DNA of 64,000 nt, taken from the IMG/VR virus record IMGVR_UViG_3300002026_000021. One strand, given 5' to 3'. A program made the position numbers and the translations under genes. Below are positions 9,409 through 18,354 of this stretch, in pieces; the stretch's first letter is position 1, and the number at the start of each line of letters is the position of its first letter. The notes beneath the pieces were generated by a model. That model worked only from the letters and a program-made list of their open reading frames with translations, searched no databases and was not told the origin of the DNA. This DNA comes from a virus.

Positions 9409-9771
9409 TTACCCCCAATGATTTCTTTGTATTGCAATATTCTCTAAAGCTTCTTGAATCCCCCAAGGAATTGAATTATCATCAGTTGAATCAATAACTA
9501 ATACTTCTTTATAGTCTTTTTCATCTAGGTATATTTTAGTAGTATTACAAGAATAATTAAAATCTCTAACCCTATCAAAATAACTCTTAGAATTAATTGT
9601 ATAAATAGTACAAATTTCATCAACAGTTTCATTAAAAGTATCATCAATAATTTTAATTGATTCTATTTGTTTTTCTATAAATTCTCTTATTTGACCTTCA
9701 GTAAACTTCTTTGGGTCAAGAATAAAAGAACTAGAAGAACTGTTGCTAACAAATCCTAATCGTGTTTTCAT
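9409..9771 (-). CDS. paralog 4 of the MKTRLGFVSNSSSSSF family (120 aa)
   Basis: Conserved N-terminus. Confidence 0.6.
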   Translation of the reverse strand: MKTRLGFVSNSSSSSFILDPKKFTEGQIREFIEKQIESIKIIDDTFNETVDEICTIYTINSKSYFDRVRDFNYSCNTTKIYLDEKDYKEVLVIDSTDDNSIPWGIQEALENIAIQRNHWG

Positions 9772-10364
9772 TAGTGTGTCCTATATGCCGAAACAGTTAG
9801 GTTCATATCAGCGAATCCTCTTACACCTAAATCAGCAGAAGATACATATGAAGTAGTATTAGCTGATTTAAAATTCATTGATTGAGCTTCACCAAATACA
9901 TCAAAATTAGCACCTAAAAATACAAATTCCCAATTATACTTATCTTGCTGGTGTTTAATCTTTTCCCCTAATTCTTTTTTATCATTATAAGGGTAATTAG
10001 ATTGATTCTCTTGACCATCAGTCATAACTACAATCATTACTTTTTCTGGTCTATTAAACTCTTCTTCTTCAGATAATGCTAATCCAACTTCATCAATAGT
10101 TTTCCACATTGCTTCTAATAAAGCAGTACCACCAGAAGGACGATAATCTTTCTTAGTAAATTTATCAATAATTTGGATTGATATCCTATTCATTTGTTTT
10201 ATAATATTAGTATCAAATTGAATTAATGTAAACTTAGCGTCTCCTGGTAATTTCTTCTGTTCTTCAATAAAGGTGTTTAATCCACCGATGACATCTGATT
10301 CAGTTCCACCCATTGAACCAGACTTATCTAAAATTAATACTATTTCTGTTAATCCTTTCTTCAT
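9771..10364 (-). CDS. von Willebrand factor A (vWA) domain protein
   Basis: LILDKSGSMGG is the MIDAS DxSxS motif; a later Thr/Asp follows. Confidence 0.6.
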   Translation of the reverse strand: MKKGLTEIVLILDKSGSMGGTESDVIGGLNTFIEEQKKLPGDAKFTLIQFDTNIIKQMNRISIQIIDKFTKKDYRPSGGTALLEAMWKTIDEVGLALSEEEEFNRPEKVMIVVMTDGQENQSNYPYNDKKELGEKIKHQQDKYNWEFVFLGANFDVFGEAQSMNFKSANTTSYVSSADLGVRGFADMNLTVSAYRTH

Positions 10365-10419
10365 TGTAATCTCCTTATACTAAAGTATATACTAAATACT
10401 TCATTTTGGCTATTAAAAT

Positions 10420-11091
10420 CTAATCCCAATGTAACATTTTTTCTAGTTCTTGAATTTCAAACTGTGATAAATTAGTTTCCATTAACTTTTGAGCTATATT
10501 AGTTTTATAACTCTCATCTCTATCTTCCCAATCCTGCAATATCTTTAATACCTCTAATGTAGCTATATGATACCCTTTCTGTAGATATTTAGATACACGA
10601 TATACTTGGGCAATAGGGCAATGAATATTCTTAATAACTAATTTTAAATGTTGTTCATCCTCAATAGAATCATCATCAGCAATAGCTTCTAAAACACCAT
10701 TAATAATACTAAAGATACCAAAACGAGCTATAGTAAAATCAAAGCTTTCCATGATTTCCTCTATAGAACCCTTAGCTACAATCCTTCCAGATACTTTAGG
10801 CTTAATTAATTGTAATGGTAACTTACCTTTAGCACAGAACCTATAAGTCTCTGCTACTTCTGATTCAAATTGTAATGAATATCCATTAGAACCCATACGA
10901 TTCTTAATGTTAGTAAATGATTCATCTGAAGGACAATAGATATCAATGTCCTCAGATACAATAGGTCGGTCCCGTGTTGAACAAGAATATCTAGCGAATC
11001 CCCCACAGATAAATCCATCATTTTTAATAATGTCTTTAAATAGATATTCTAGTACTTCTTTATTTCTAACGATATCAGTAGTAACAAACAT
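10420..11091 (-). CDS. hypothetical protein; possible minimal nucleotidyltransferase fold
   Basis: CGGFARYS...SEDIDIY resembles the GS-x(n)-DxD polymerase-beta-like NTase motif. Confidence 0.35.
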   Translation of the reverse strand: MFVTTDIVRNKEVLEYLFKDIIKNDGFICGGFARYSCSTRDRPIVSEDIDIYCPSDESFTNIKNRMGSNGYSLQFESEVAETYRFCAKGKLPLQLIKPKVSGRIVAKGSIEEIMESFDFTIARFGIFSIINGVLEAIADDDSIEDEQHLKLVIKNIHCPIAQVYRVSKYLQKGYHIATLEVLKILQDWEDRDESYKTNIAQKLMETNLSQFEIQELEKMLHWD

Positions 11092-11703
11092 TTATTTACT
11101 CTCCAATGAATCTCTTAATTGCTTAATCCACTTGTTCCTACTAGCAACCTTTTCTACTTCTGATTTATATCCATCTTCATGGTAGTTAACTTGCCAGTTT
11201 AAATTAGCAATTTTTCTTGTATACCAATCTTTATACGTTAAGTTTTTTAGTTCTTCTAATTTACCAGAATCATATTTAGTATCACAATCGTAGGGAACAG
11301 AAGTTTCAATCTGCTGAATCATAAACTCTTTTAATCCAATATGCTCAGAAGTTGGAGGAACCCATTCTTTAACTTCTTTTAATATCTTTGAATACCTTTG
11401 AGATACTTCTACTTTCTTAATAATAGAAACTTCTACACCAGCAATCTCTAATTTAACATCAGTATTAAACATTTCTAATAGCTCTTCATTAGATTTTGCT
11501 AAAAAATCTTGTAATATCTGTGTATCCTTTTCTAATTCAATTAAATGATAATTAGAAACAGCGAACTCTTCAGGAATCTCTTTAGTACTATCTGAATCCC
11601 GCATTTCTATACAAGCACCGAAAGCTCTAGCGCATTTTTCAGCAAATCCTTTTAAGTCAGTAATTGTACCATCTTCAATATGTGAAGTATATCCTGTAGG
11701 CAT
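11092..11703 (-). CDS. hypothetical protein (203 aa)
   Basis: ORF in track. Confidence 0.5.
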   Translation of the reverse strand: MPTGYTSHIEDGTITDLKGFAEKCARAFGACIEMRDSDSTKEIPEEFAVSNYHLIELEKDTQILQDFLAKSNEELLEMFNTDVKLEIAGVEVSIIKKVEVSQRYSKILKEVKEWVPPTSEHIGLKEFMIQQIETSVPYDCDTKYDSGKLEELKNLTYKDWYTRKIANLNWQVNYHEDGYKSEVEKVASRNKWIKQLRDSLESK

Positions 11704-11704
11704 T

Positions 11705-12328
11705 TTAATCCTCCTTATCTTCTTCAGCCGATTCTAAATTTTCTAAGTATTTAATATACCCTAAACCCATAATAGATAAATCTTCAAAGGAAACAGAATC
11801 ATAGAGCTTGCAAGGGTAATAAATATCTTCAGATGACTTATACTTAGTAAAATCCTTAGAATAGAATCGTTCTGATTCTGCTAAAGGTTGAGTATTACAA
11901 CCTTTATATACTTCTAGCCTCTTTGTATCTAAATCAATAACATAGGCGTATTCACAGAATAATGAATCAGAAATAAAAGTAGTGTTATCTTCAAGTTCTC
12001 GAACGCCTTTATTACAAATTAAATCTAAGATACCAGAGCCAACATCTCTATGGAATTGAGGATAGTTCTCATGAAACTTCTTAGATACTCCCATATCAAC
12101 CATATCCGAATTAGGATTAGCTCCACACTCTATCCATTTATTTTTAATATCTTCTTCATTAGTAAATTTACAATCTCTAATAGCTAGAACAAACTTAGGT
12201 AAATCCATAGAATTAATAAACTTAACAATACTCTTACCCTGACCTGAGAAGTATCCATCCCATTGTCCATACTGAGCTACCTTAATCTGCTTGTCTAACA
12301 CTACCATAGTTAAATGTCTAGTTCCCAT
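11705..12328 (-). CDS. hypothetical protein (207 aa)
   Basis: ORF in track. Confidence 0.5.
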   Translation of the reverse strand: MGTRHLTMVVLDKQIKVAQYGQWDGYFSGQGKSIVKFINSMDLPKFVLAIRDCKFTNEEDIKNKWIECGANPNSDMVDMGVSKKFHENYPQFHRDVGSGILDLICNKGVRELEDNTTFISDSLFCEYAYVIDLDTKRLEVYKGCNTQPLAESERFYSKDFTKYKSSEDIYYPCKLYDSVSFEDLSIMGLGYIKYLENLESAEEDKED

Positions 12329-12773
12329 TTTGTTGCTCCTTATTCTTTCTAATCTCTCTAGCTCTCTTTAGATTCTCGGCCATTTTAAGTCTGTTTTCTT
12401 CAGACATTGGTTTTCTTACTTTCCTAACTTTCTTAACACTAGTCTCTTTGGTTTCTACATTAAAATATTTTGATAAGCAATTTTTAATCCACTCTACATT
12501 TTGCCAGAATCGTTTATCTACTATTTCTTTTTCTATTTTAGGTGAAAGTATGTAATTATGGTTAGAACGTAATACTGCTCTAATCTTAGGAATAAAGTCA
12601 AAAGCATCTAATTCCTGATTATCTATAACTAAGGTATATTTACCATTAACTAAACCTTTGGTAGGTTTAGTCTTCTTAGTTATAGAGCTAAGTAAAGGAA
12701 TTCCTAATGATAGTTTTTCTATCTTAGCTTTTTCTCTACCTAATTTTATTGCTAACTTATGTTGCTCAGTCAT
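12318..12773 (-). CDS. hypothetical basic protein (151 aa)
   Basis: ORF in track; Lys-rich (KKVRKVRK); consensus promoter immediately upstream at 12790-12818. Confidence 0.5.
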   Translation of the reverse strand: MTEQHKLAIKLGREKAKIEKLSLGIPLLSSITKKTKPTKGLVNGKYTLVIDNQELDAFDFIPKIRAVLRSNHNYILSPKIEKEIVDKRFWQNVEWIKNCLSKYFNVETKETSVKKVRKVRKPMSEENRLKMAENLKRAREIRKNKEQQNGN

Positions 12774-12789
12774 AATTACCTCTATGATA

Positions 12790-12818
12790 AGTATATATCA
12801 TTATTCAAGTTTTGTCAA
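12790..12818 (-). promoter_or_regulatory. sigma70-type promoter TTGACA-N17-TATACT
   Basis: Minus strand: TTGACAAAACTTGAATAATGATATATACT; lies just beyond the distal end of the CRISPR array. Confidence 0.55.
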
Positions 12819-12831
12819 TAGAAAATATAAT

Positions 12832-13332
12832 AATTCCACGATTAACGTGATATACCTATGATGCTGAAATTTCCTATTGATAGGAGCCTTTATTTCAATC
12901 CACGATTTAACGTGAGGATGTATCTCATTATTGAAATAGGAAAAAAATGAGTAATGGTTGTCTCAATCCACGTTAAATCGTGAGGTAGCAACCTAAAGAA
13001 GTTCTTAAAACCTATTTTGATGTGCTTATTCCAATCCACGATTAACGTGATGTAGCAACAAGGATGTGTATTTTGACATTACTTCATTTTATGGGTTCCA
13101 ATCCACGACAAAGCGTGAGGTAGCAACTGCAACCCGTCATTTGAGTTAGCATGTTTATACAAGTCTCAATCCACGCTTGCGCGTGAGGATACATCCGTAT
13201 GTATACTGATTACGTGACAACCTATCTGTAGTCTCAATCCACGACAAAGCGTGAGGATACATCATAAACGGAACGATTTTGATTGTCGGTGATGAGCTGT
13301 CTCAATCCACGACAAAGCGTGAGGATACATCT
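12832..13332 (-). CRISPR. CRISPR array: 7 well-formed repeats plus 1 degenerate terminal repeat, 7 spacers (~36 bp each), period 68 bp; transcribed on the minus strand from the leader at 13333-13513
   Basis: Repeats begin at 12893, 12961, 13029, 13096, 13164, 13232 and 13300. Consensus on the plus strand is TCTCAATCCACGACAAAGCGTGAGGATACATC; the last two copies are identical. Repeats degenerate towards 12832, the leader-distal (oldest) end. The stems CCACG/CGTG(A)GG are conserved while the loop varies (compensatory pattern). Confidence 0.92.
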
Positions 13333-13513
13333 CTATCACTCTTAATTCCTTTATCTACTTAACTTTATTATTCTACTTCCGCGAACCTCATTTACAATAG
13401 ACAATATATAGTATGTCAAAGACCTTAATACTATTATAAATATTTATACTATAACATTTTATTAAACTCCGAGAACCTATTAACTTTTTCTGTTAGCTAT
13501 AGGTTCGCGCTAC
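13333..13513 (-). promoter_or_regulatory. CRISPR leader (AT-rich), with a candidate promoter (TTGACA-N17-TGTAAA, minus strand, near 13395-13425) and a 10-bp inverted repeat (GCGAACCT / AGGTTCGC) at both leader ends
   Basis: About 80% AT; TTGACA read on the minus strand from plus 'tgtcaa' at ~13420; inverted repeats at 13378-13390 and 13500-13513. Confidence 0.45.
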
Positions 13514-13978
13514 TTAGTAAATAAAAAATAACCCAAATCCTAATCGTTTAGACCGACCATACCCTGATACTAACATCTCAGAAAACTTCTTATTATCTTT
13601 TACTTTAATAGTACCAGAAATAAAGTAAGGGTAAAAATAATGATTCTTTTCTCTAATATAAATTGGTTCTTCTTTAGTGATATCACAATTTAGTACTTCA
13701 AAGATATCATTACTATTTAACTTTTCATATACACTATCATGGTCAATAGGTGTCTCAAAATTATCACTACGTTTAACTCCATTAAAACGTAAACAAAAAT
13801 CTAATACATCATTATCATTATACTTAGTTTCTACTTCAATACCTTTAGTACCTTGCTTCTCTGATAATACATAACAAATATTATCAATATCTATCCATAA
13901 TGCTTTTGAATCAAATTTAGCTACTTCCTGATGAGTTAAGTAATACGTTTCTTTCATAGGAACTGAATGTAAATACAT
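13514..13978 (-). CDS. cas6: miniature Cas6/Cas5c-like RAMP endoribonuclease (candidate crRNA-processing enzyme)
   Basis: C-terminal GYGRSKRLGFG matches the RAMP G-rich loop consensus GxGxxxxxGxG; the gene is immediately adjacent to the leader/array on the same strand; only 154 aa. Confidence 0.6.
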   Translation of the reverse strand: MYLHSVPMKETYYLTHQEVAKFDSKALWIDIDNICYVLSEKQGTKGIEVETKYNDNDVLDFCLRFNGVKRSDNFETPIDHDSVYEKLNSNDIFEVLNCDITKEEPIYIREKNHYFYPYFISGTIKVKDNKKFSEMLVSGYGRSKRLGFGLFFIY

Positions 13979-13979
13979 A

Positions 13980-14981
13980 TTATTTCTTCTCCTTTTTCTT
14001 CAATTCTCTTTCCTCTTTTCTAGCTAATATCTGTTCAAATTTATATTTGTTCAGATTAGTCGGTTCAAATGGATAGATATTAGGCTTGAAGTCTTCATAA
14101 ATATCTTCAATACTCTTAATATACACCATACCACCTTCTAATATATTAGCAAATCCTGGCCCATTTGTCAAGTCCTCATAGAACTTATCATCAATAGTTA
14201 ATTCAATATTACCATTAGTATCAATAACAGTAAAAGGGAATAATCCAACTTGACGAGCAACTAAAGGATTTCCATCCTGAGTCATTCCATTCATAGCCTT
14301 TATTATACCATTTTCATTAGGGCCTAAAATTAAATCTCTAAGTGGTTCTTTATATTTAAGTTTCCTTACAGTAATATTATTATCCTGTTCTGTTACTGCC
14401 CGAATATCACTATTACTTTTGTTCTTATTAAGAATAGTAAATATCTTAGCAATAGGAACTGACCTATAATTATCTCCAACATACTTTTTAGCTAATTCTG
14501 TAAATGCTTTTAATTCAGTTTCATTGAAATAATTTAAGAATCTTTCCCAAGTTAATATACCACAATTTACTTGATAAGGAGTATCACCATAAATAATAAT
14601 ATTACTTGATGGGAGCCATTGATTATTCCCTTTTAAATACTTCCTAAATTGAATAGTCATTTTAGTAGGGATAGTTGTTAATGTTATTCTAGCTGTTTTA
14701 GCAGTAGTCAATGCATTTATATCAAACTCTCTTTTAGTCCTATAGATTGCTTTCCTTGAGATAGTTTGCTTATTAGTTAATACACTTAATACGTTTGCCA
14801 TAGTATGAATATCTATATAGGGAGCGTACTCCTTAGTATTAGGAACAAAGGTCTTAAACTCCCTATTATATTTAGAATAAGAATCTTTGGGAATCCTAGA
14901 ACCCTTCATTACTCCTATAAACCCACACTCTTCAAAATGGATAACCTCTGCATTAGTAAATCTTAAAGTAAGTTTTCTCAT
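13980..14981 (-). CDS. cas5: Cas5-like (possibly Cas5/Cas8-substituting) Cascade subunit, 333 aa
   Basis: Position between the Cas7-like gene and the Cas6-like gene; N-terminus MRKLTLRFTNAEV resembles Cas5 N-termini. The assignment rests on context only. Confidence 0.4.
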   Translation of the reverse strand: MRKLTLRFTNAEVIHFEECGFIGVMKGSRIPKDSYSKYNREFKTFVPNTKEYAPYIDIHTMANVLSVLTNKQTISRKAIYRTKREFDINALTTAKTARITLTTIPTKMTIQFRKYLKGNNQWLPSSNIIIYGDTPYQVNCGILTWERFLNYFNETELKAFTELAKKYVGDNYRSVPIAKIFTILNKNKSNSDIRAVTEQDNNITVRKLKYKEPLRDLILGPNENGIIKAMNGMTQDGNPLVARQVGLFPFTVIDTNGNIELTIDDKFYEDLTNGPGFANILEGGMVYIKSIEDIYEDFKPNIYPFEPTNLNKYKFEQILARKEERELKKKEKK

Positions 14982-14995
14982 ATTATTTCCTATTA

Positions 14996-15032
14996 CAAAA
15001 AAAATAGCCTACTATAATAACAGTAGGCTTTT
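14996..15032 (-). terminator. intrinsic-terminator-like hairpin inside the cas operon (between the Cas7-like and Cas5-like genes)
   Basis: Minus strand reads AGCCTACTgttattatAGTAGGCT followed by T8. Confidence 0.6.
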
Positions 15033-15037
15033 AAAAA

Positions 15038-16087
15038 CTATTCAGTTAAACCACGAAGCTTAACATAGAAAGGAAAAGGTTCAATAAAGATTTCCTCAAT
15101 ATCTGTAGTTGTCTCAAGTTTAATAAAGTCATTACTACTAAAAAGATTACTATTCTTAGTAGGATTAGTAATACCCTGATATTCTAATGATGAGGTTTTA
15201 GCATATCCATTATTTCTAGTAATCATAACAGAAGCAATATTATTGAACAAATATTTAATAAGATAATTAATCTGTTCTATAGTTAATAGGATACCAAGCT
15301 GTTCAGCTTTTTCAACTTGATTTGTTCTATAGAAATATCCTGCCTGAGTATTTTTATCAATATCTAACCCAGTATTCTCTTTGAATGAAGCAATAAATAC
15401 ATCAATATTATCAGGAAGTAAACTCATACTTCCAAACCTATCATCCATATCAATAAACATTAAATTCTGAAGATTGATAGCACCTTGGTATTCATAAGTA
15501 ATTTCCCCAACAGTTTCAATAGTAAATATTGCATTATTATCTTTATCCCCATTATTGGAATTAAATAAGAATGATGGAAAAGCATTGTTTGATTGAATTG
15601 CATGAGAAACAGATACTACATTTCCTCTTTTGAGTAAATCATTCTCTTTAAGAATTTCTGTATCTTCAACATTTTCAACTTCTTCAACATTATCAGTATT
15701 TTTTTCCTTCTTATTACTTTTCTCCTTCTTACTATTAGTTTCCATATATCCTCGGAGTAACATCCCTGGATGCCCAATTAGTTTAGCTAAATATTCATTC
15801 TTACCTCTATAGGAACGAATATAATTCGGCATATCCTTTTCAAAGATGCTATGACGAAGGCAATTACTAGAGATAATTATCTTTCCTTTAAGTTCATCTC
15901 CAATCTTTTCCTTAACATGCTTTGCTACTTTAATATTAGTTACTTTCTTATGCTTAACATAAGGAACTTTGAATCCATAAGACTTAGTATAAAAATCTTC
16001 CTCCTCAAAAGGAATTCCTCCATTGTAATTAACAATACCATTACCGTTCATAGTACCCTTAAAGAAAATTGTCTTAACTCCATTCAT
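15038..16087 (-). CDS. cas7: Cas7-like Cascade backbone subunit, 349 aa
   Basis: N-terminal Gly/Asn-rich segment FFKGTMNGNGIVNYNGG resembles the Cas7 (Csd2/Csh2-type) N-terminal motif; position directly after cas3; followed by an intrinsic-terminator-like hairpin. Confidence 0.45.
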   Translation of the reverse strand: MNGVKTIFFKGTMNGNGIVNYNGGIPFEEEDFYTKSYGFKVPYVKHKKVTNIKVAKHVKEKIGDELKGKIIISSNCLRHSIFEKDMPNYIRSYRGKNEYLAKLIGHPGMLLRGYMETNSKKEKSNKKEKNTDNVEEVENVEDTEILKENDLLKRGNVVSVSHAIQSNNAFPSFLFNSNNGDKDNNAIFTIETVGEITYEYQGAINLQNLMFIDMDDRFGSMSLLPDNIDVFIASFKENTGLDIDKNTQAGYFYRTNQVEKAEQLGILLTIEQINYLIKYLFNNIASVMITRNNGYAKTSSLEYQGITNPTKNSNLFSSNDFIKLETTTDIEEIFIEPFPFYVKLRGLTE

Positions 16088-16088
16088 A

Positions 16089-18317
16089 TTATATCTCCTT
16101 AAAATTTAAACCAATTCCAATTTTAGAATCAGTTGATGAACAATACTGATGAAGTAAATCCATAAAAGGAAATTCCTCTATTTTAGATTTATCCACCCAT
16201 TCGTCAATATCATTATCTGTTAACTCCTTTCGTTCATTAAACTTCTTATTTAAGAATCTTTCTAATTTAGAACTATCAACTTCTTTAAGAAAGCGTTCTA
16301 ATCTCTTTCTAGTATATGCAACTTTTTTAGTTTTGTCAATAAAGAAATCTCCTGAATTAACATTTAATTTTGTGAACTCATTATTAGTATTATATACATA
16401 ATAATTATAATTATCAGTACTTGACCTAAGTGACTTTCCTTTCCTAGATTCATCAATTTCATACTTCCTAAAGAAAATAGTATTTGAAGTGTCTTCTCCT
16501 TCTTTTTTAATACTATTAAGATACTCAATAATATTACTTTTATTATCAATATTAAAAGCATTATATAAAGAGTAAAAATCATTAATAGTCAATACTCTAT
16601 CAGCAATATTTTCTTTAAAGAATGTATCTATGATAGGTTTAAAGTTCTTATTATATTTGCCCTTCCATAGATATGCTTCAGAGGAACTACTCTTCATTTC
16701 AGGAGATAAAAACTTAATATCTGTAGTAGTATACTCTCCCCAACGTGAAATTCTTCCTAATCGTTGTAATATAGATTCAAAAGAAAATAAAGTAATTTCC
16801 CCTGATGAATAAGAAACATCCATAGCTTTCTCACCAATGAAAGAAGTAATAAAACTCTTATCGACATTATTCATTGTGTTCTTACCAAAGTACTCATAAA
16901 TCTTAGTAAGTATTTTATATTTATCTTCATCAGTATACCTACTATGTAATAACAAATCTAAATTAGAATTAAGATAATTTTGTTGAACTTGTTTAATTGT
17001 ATTAAAGAAATAAACACATCCTGATTTTTTTTCAGGAGTATATAGTTCATCGATATTCTTTAAAGAACAAGCAAACTTAGTTTTATTAAAAGATTTAAAA
17101 TGTTCATCATTAGAGGGTAGTACATCAATATTAGTTTTATTACTAATAAATAAATTATGATGCCAAGAAGGAGTAGCACTTAATAATAATGTATTACACT
17201 TTATTCTACTAGACCTAATTTGCATTATTCTTAAAAATAAGGAATATAGTCTAGGAGAATCAGATAATGAATGATACTCATCAAAGATAATATTTCTATT
17301 AAACATATTAATAGCATACTCTAGCATATGAGATTTATACAAAGAGAAATAGTAATTGTCAATATTAGTAACAATTATATCAGAGCTATAATTATTGCCT
17401 TCATCTGTTGAACTTACTACGGATGAAGAGAGAAATAATTCCACAGATATATTAATATTATTACATTTGATTTCAGTAAGAATATTATTATATACAGAGG
17501 TAGCAGTATTATTATCTGGACAAACCCAAATAGTCTTTTGTTTATACTTATGAATCCAATATAGACCCATTAGTGTTTTTCCATATCCTGTAGGAGCTTT
17601 TATGATTGCTGTTTTATTTTTAATGCTATCTATAATAGGTTTTTGCTCTGATTCAAATCTGTATTTATAGTCTTCGTTAATAGTAATAGAGAAATCTAAA
17701 TCATTACTACTTTCCTCAATATCTTTTGAAACAAGTCTATCAGCAGTAAATAAAATACTTCTAATAATTAGAGTATCATTAAAATCACCACATTTATAAT
17801 TAAATATGGTTGGGGTAGAGTAATCATTAGTAGAGTCTTTCCTTCTAAAATTAATATACTTCCAGTCTCTTTTTGAGAGAAGCTCTAAATATACTTTTTC
17901 TAGTATCTCTAAGTCCTCACTAGAAATAAAACTCAAAATTTCATTAGCTGAAGAAAAATAATATTTTTCCTTTAATCTTAGAGATACCGTATTATATACA
18001 TATGTACGGTGTGAGAAGTATAAAGAATCTAAAATAGCTCCTTCATCATCAGCTTGTATTTTTTTAATTATAAATGCCCAAGCTACTTCATTATGATGAG
18101 GATATAAGTAATTACTTTTTAATTCTCCTTTTAATTGCTTCTGAAATACAGGAAGAACTTTACCAATATCGTGAAAAAGAGTTACAAATAATACTCGTTC
18201 TCTAGTCTCTTCATCAGAATTAAAATAATTAGAAAAATAATTATCAGCTTTGTTCATAACGGCAAGAGAATGACTTAAAATTGTAGATTCAGAATTCGCT
18301 GGTTGATTTAAATACAT
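16089..18317 (-). CDS. cas3: Cas3 HD-nuclease/SF2-helicase (742 aa, no Cas2 fusion)
   Basis: N-terminal HD domain (LSHSLAV ... VTLFHDIGK); helicase motif I APTGYGKT; motif II FDEYH (DExH); motif III LLLSATPS. Consensus promoter directly upstream at 18355-18383. Confidence 0.85.
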   Translation of the reverse strand: MYLNQPANSESTILSHSLAVMNKADNYFSNYFNSDEETRERVLFVTLFHDIGKVLPVFQKQLKGELKSNYLYPHHNEVAWAFIIKKIQADDEGAILDSLYFSHRTYVYNTVSLRLKEKYYFSSANEILSFISSEDLEILEKVYLELLSKRDWKYINFRRKDSTNDYSTPTIFNYKCGDFNDTLIIRSILFTADRLVSKDIEESSNDLDFSITINEDYKYRFESEQKPIIDSIKNKTAIIKAPTGYGKTLMGLYWIHKYKQKTIWVCPDNNTATSVYNNILTEIKCNNINISVELFLSSSVVSSTDEGNNYSSDIIVTNIDNYYFSLYKSHMLEYAINMFNRNIIFDEYHSLSDSPRLYSLFLRIMQIRSSRIKCNTLLLSATPSWHHNLFISNKTNIDVLPSNDEHFKSFNKTKFACSLKNIDELYTPEKKSGCVYFFNTIKQVQQNYLNSNLDLLLHSRYTDEDKYKILTKIYEYFGKNTMNNVDKSFITSFIGEKAMDVSYSSGEITLFSFESILQRLGRISRWGEYTTTDIKFLSPEMKSSSSEAYLWKGKYNKNFKPIIDTFFKENIADRVLTINDFYSLYNAFNIDNKSNIIEYLNSIKKEGEDTSNTIFFRKYEIDESRKGKSLRSSTDNYNYYVYNTNNEFTKLNVNSGDFFIDKTKKVAYTRKRLERFLKEVDSSKLERFLNKKFNERKELTDNDIDEWVDKSKIEEFPFMDLLHQYCSSTDSKIGIGLNFKEI

Positions 18318-18354
18318 AATACCTTCTTTATTTGCTTAGAGTTTTTAATACTAA

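Noticed and set aside
12832-13332. Self-targeting spacers against this 64-kb window.
   Set aside because: By eye none of the seven spacers matches another part of the window. Spacer 5 (cgtatgtatactgattacgtgacaacc...) only shares the generic GTATAC promoter hexamer. A computational search is still needed.
16089-18317. Cas2-Cas3 fusion (I-F style) for the 742-aa protein.
   Set aside because: The HD motifs start within the first 50 residues and the total length is only 742 aa. There is no room for an N-terminal Cas2 domain.
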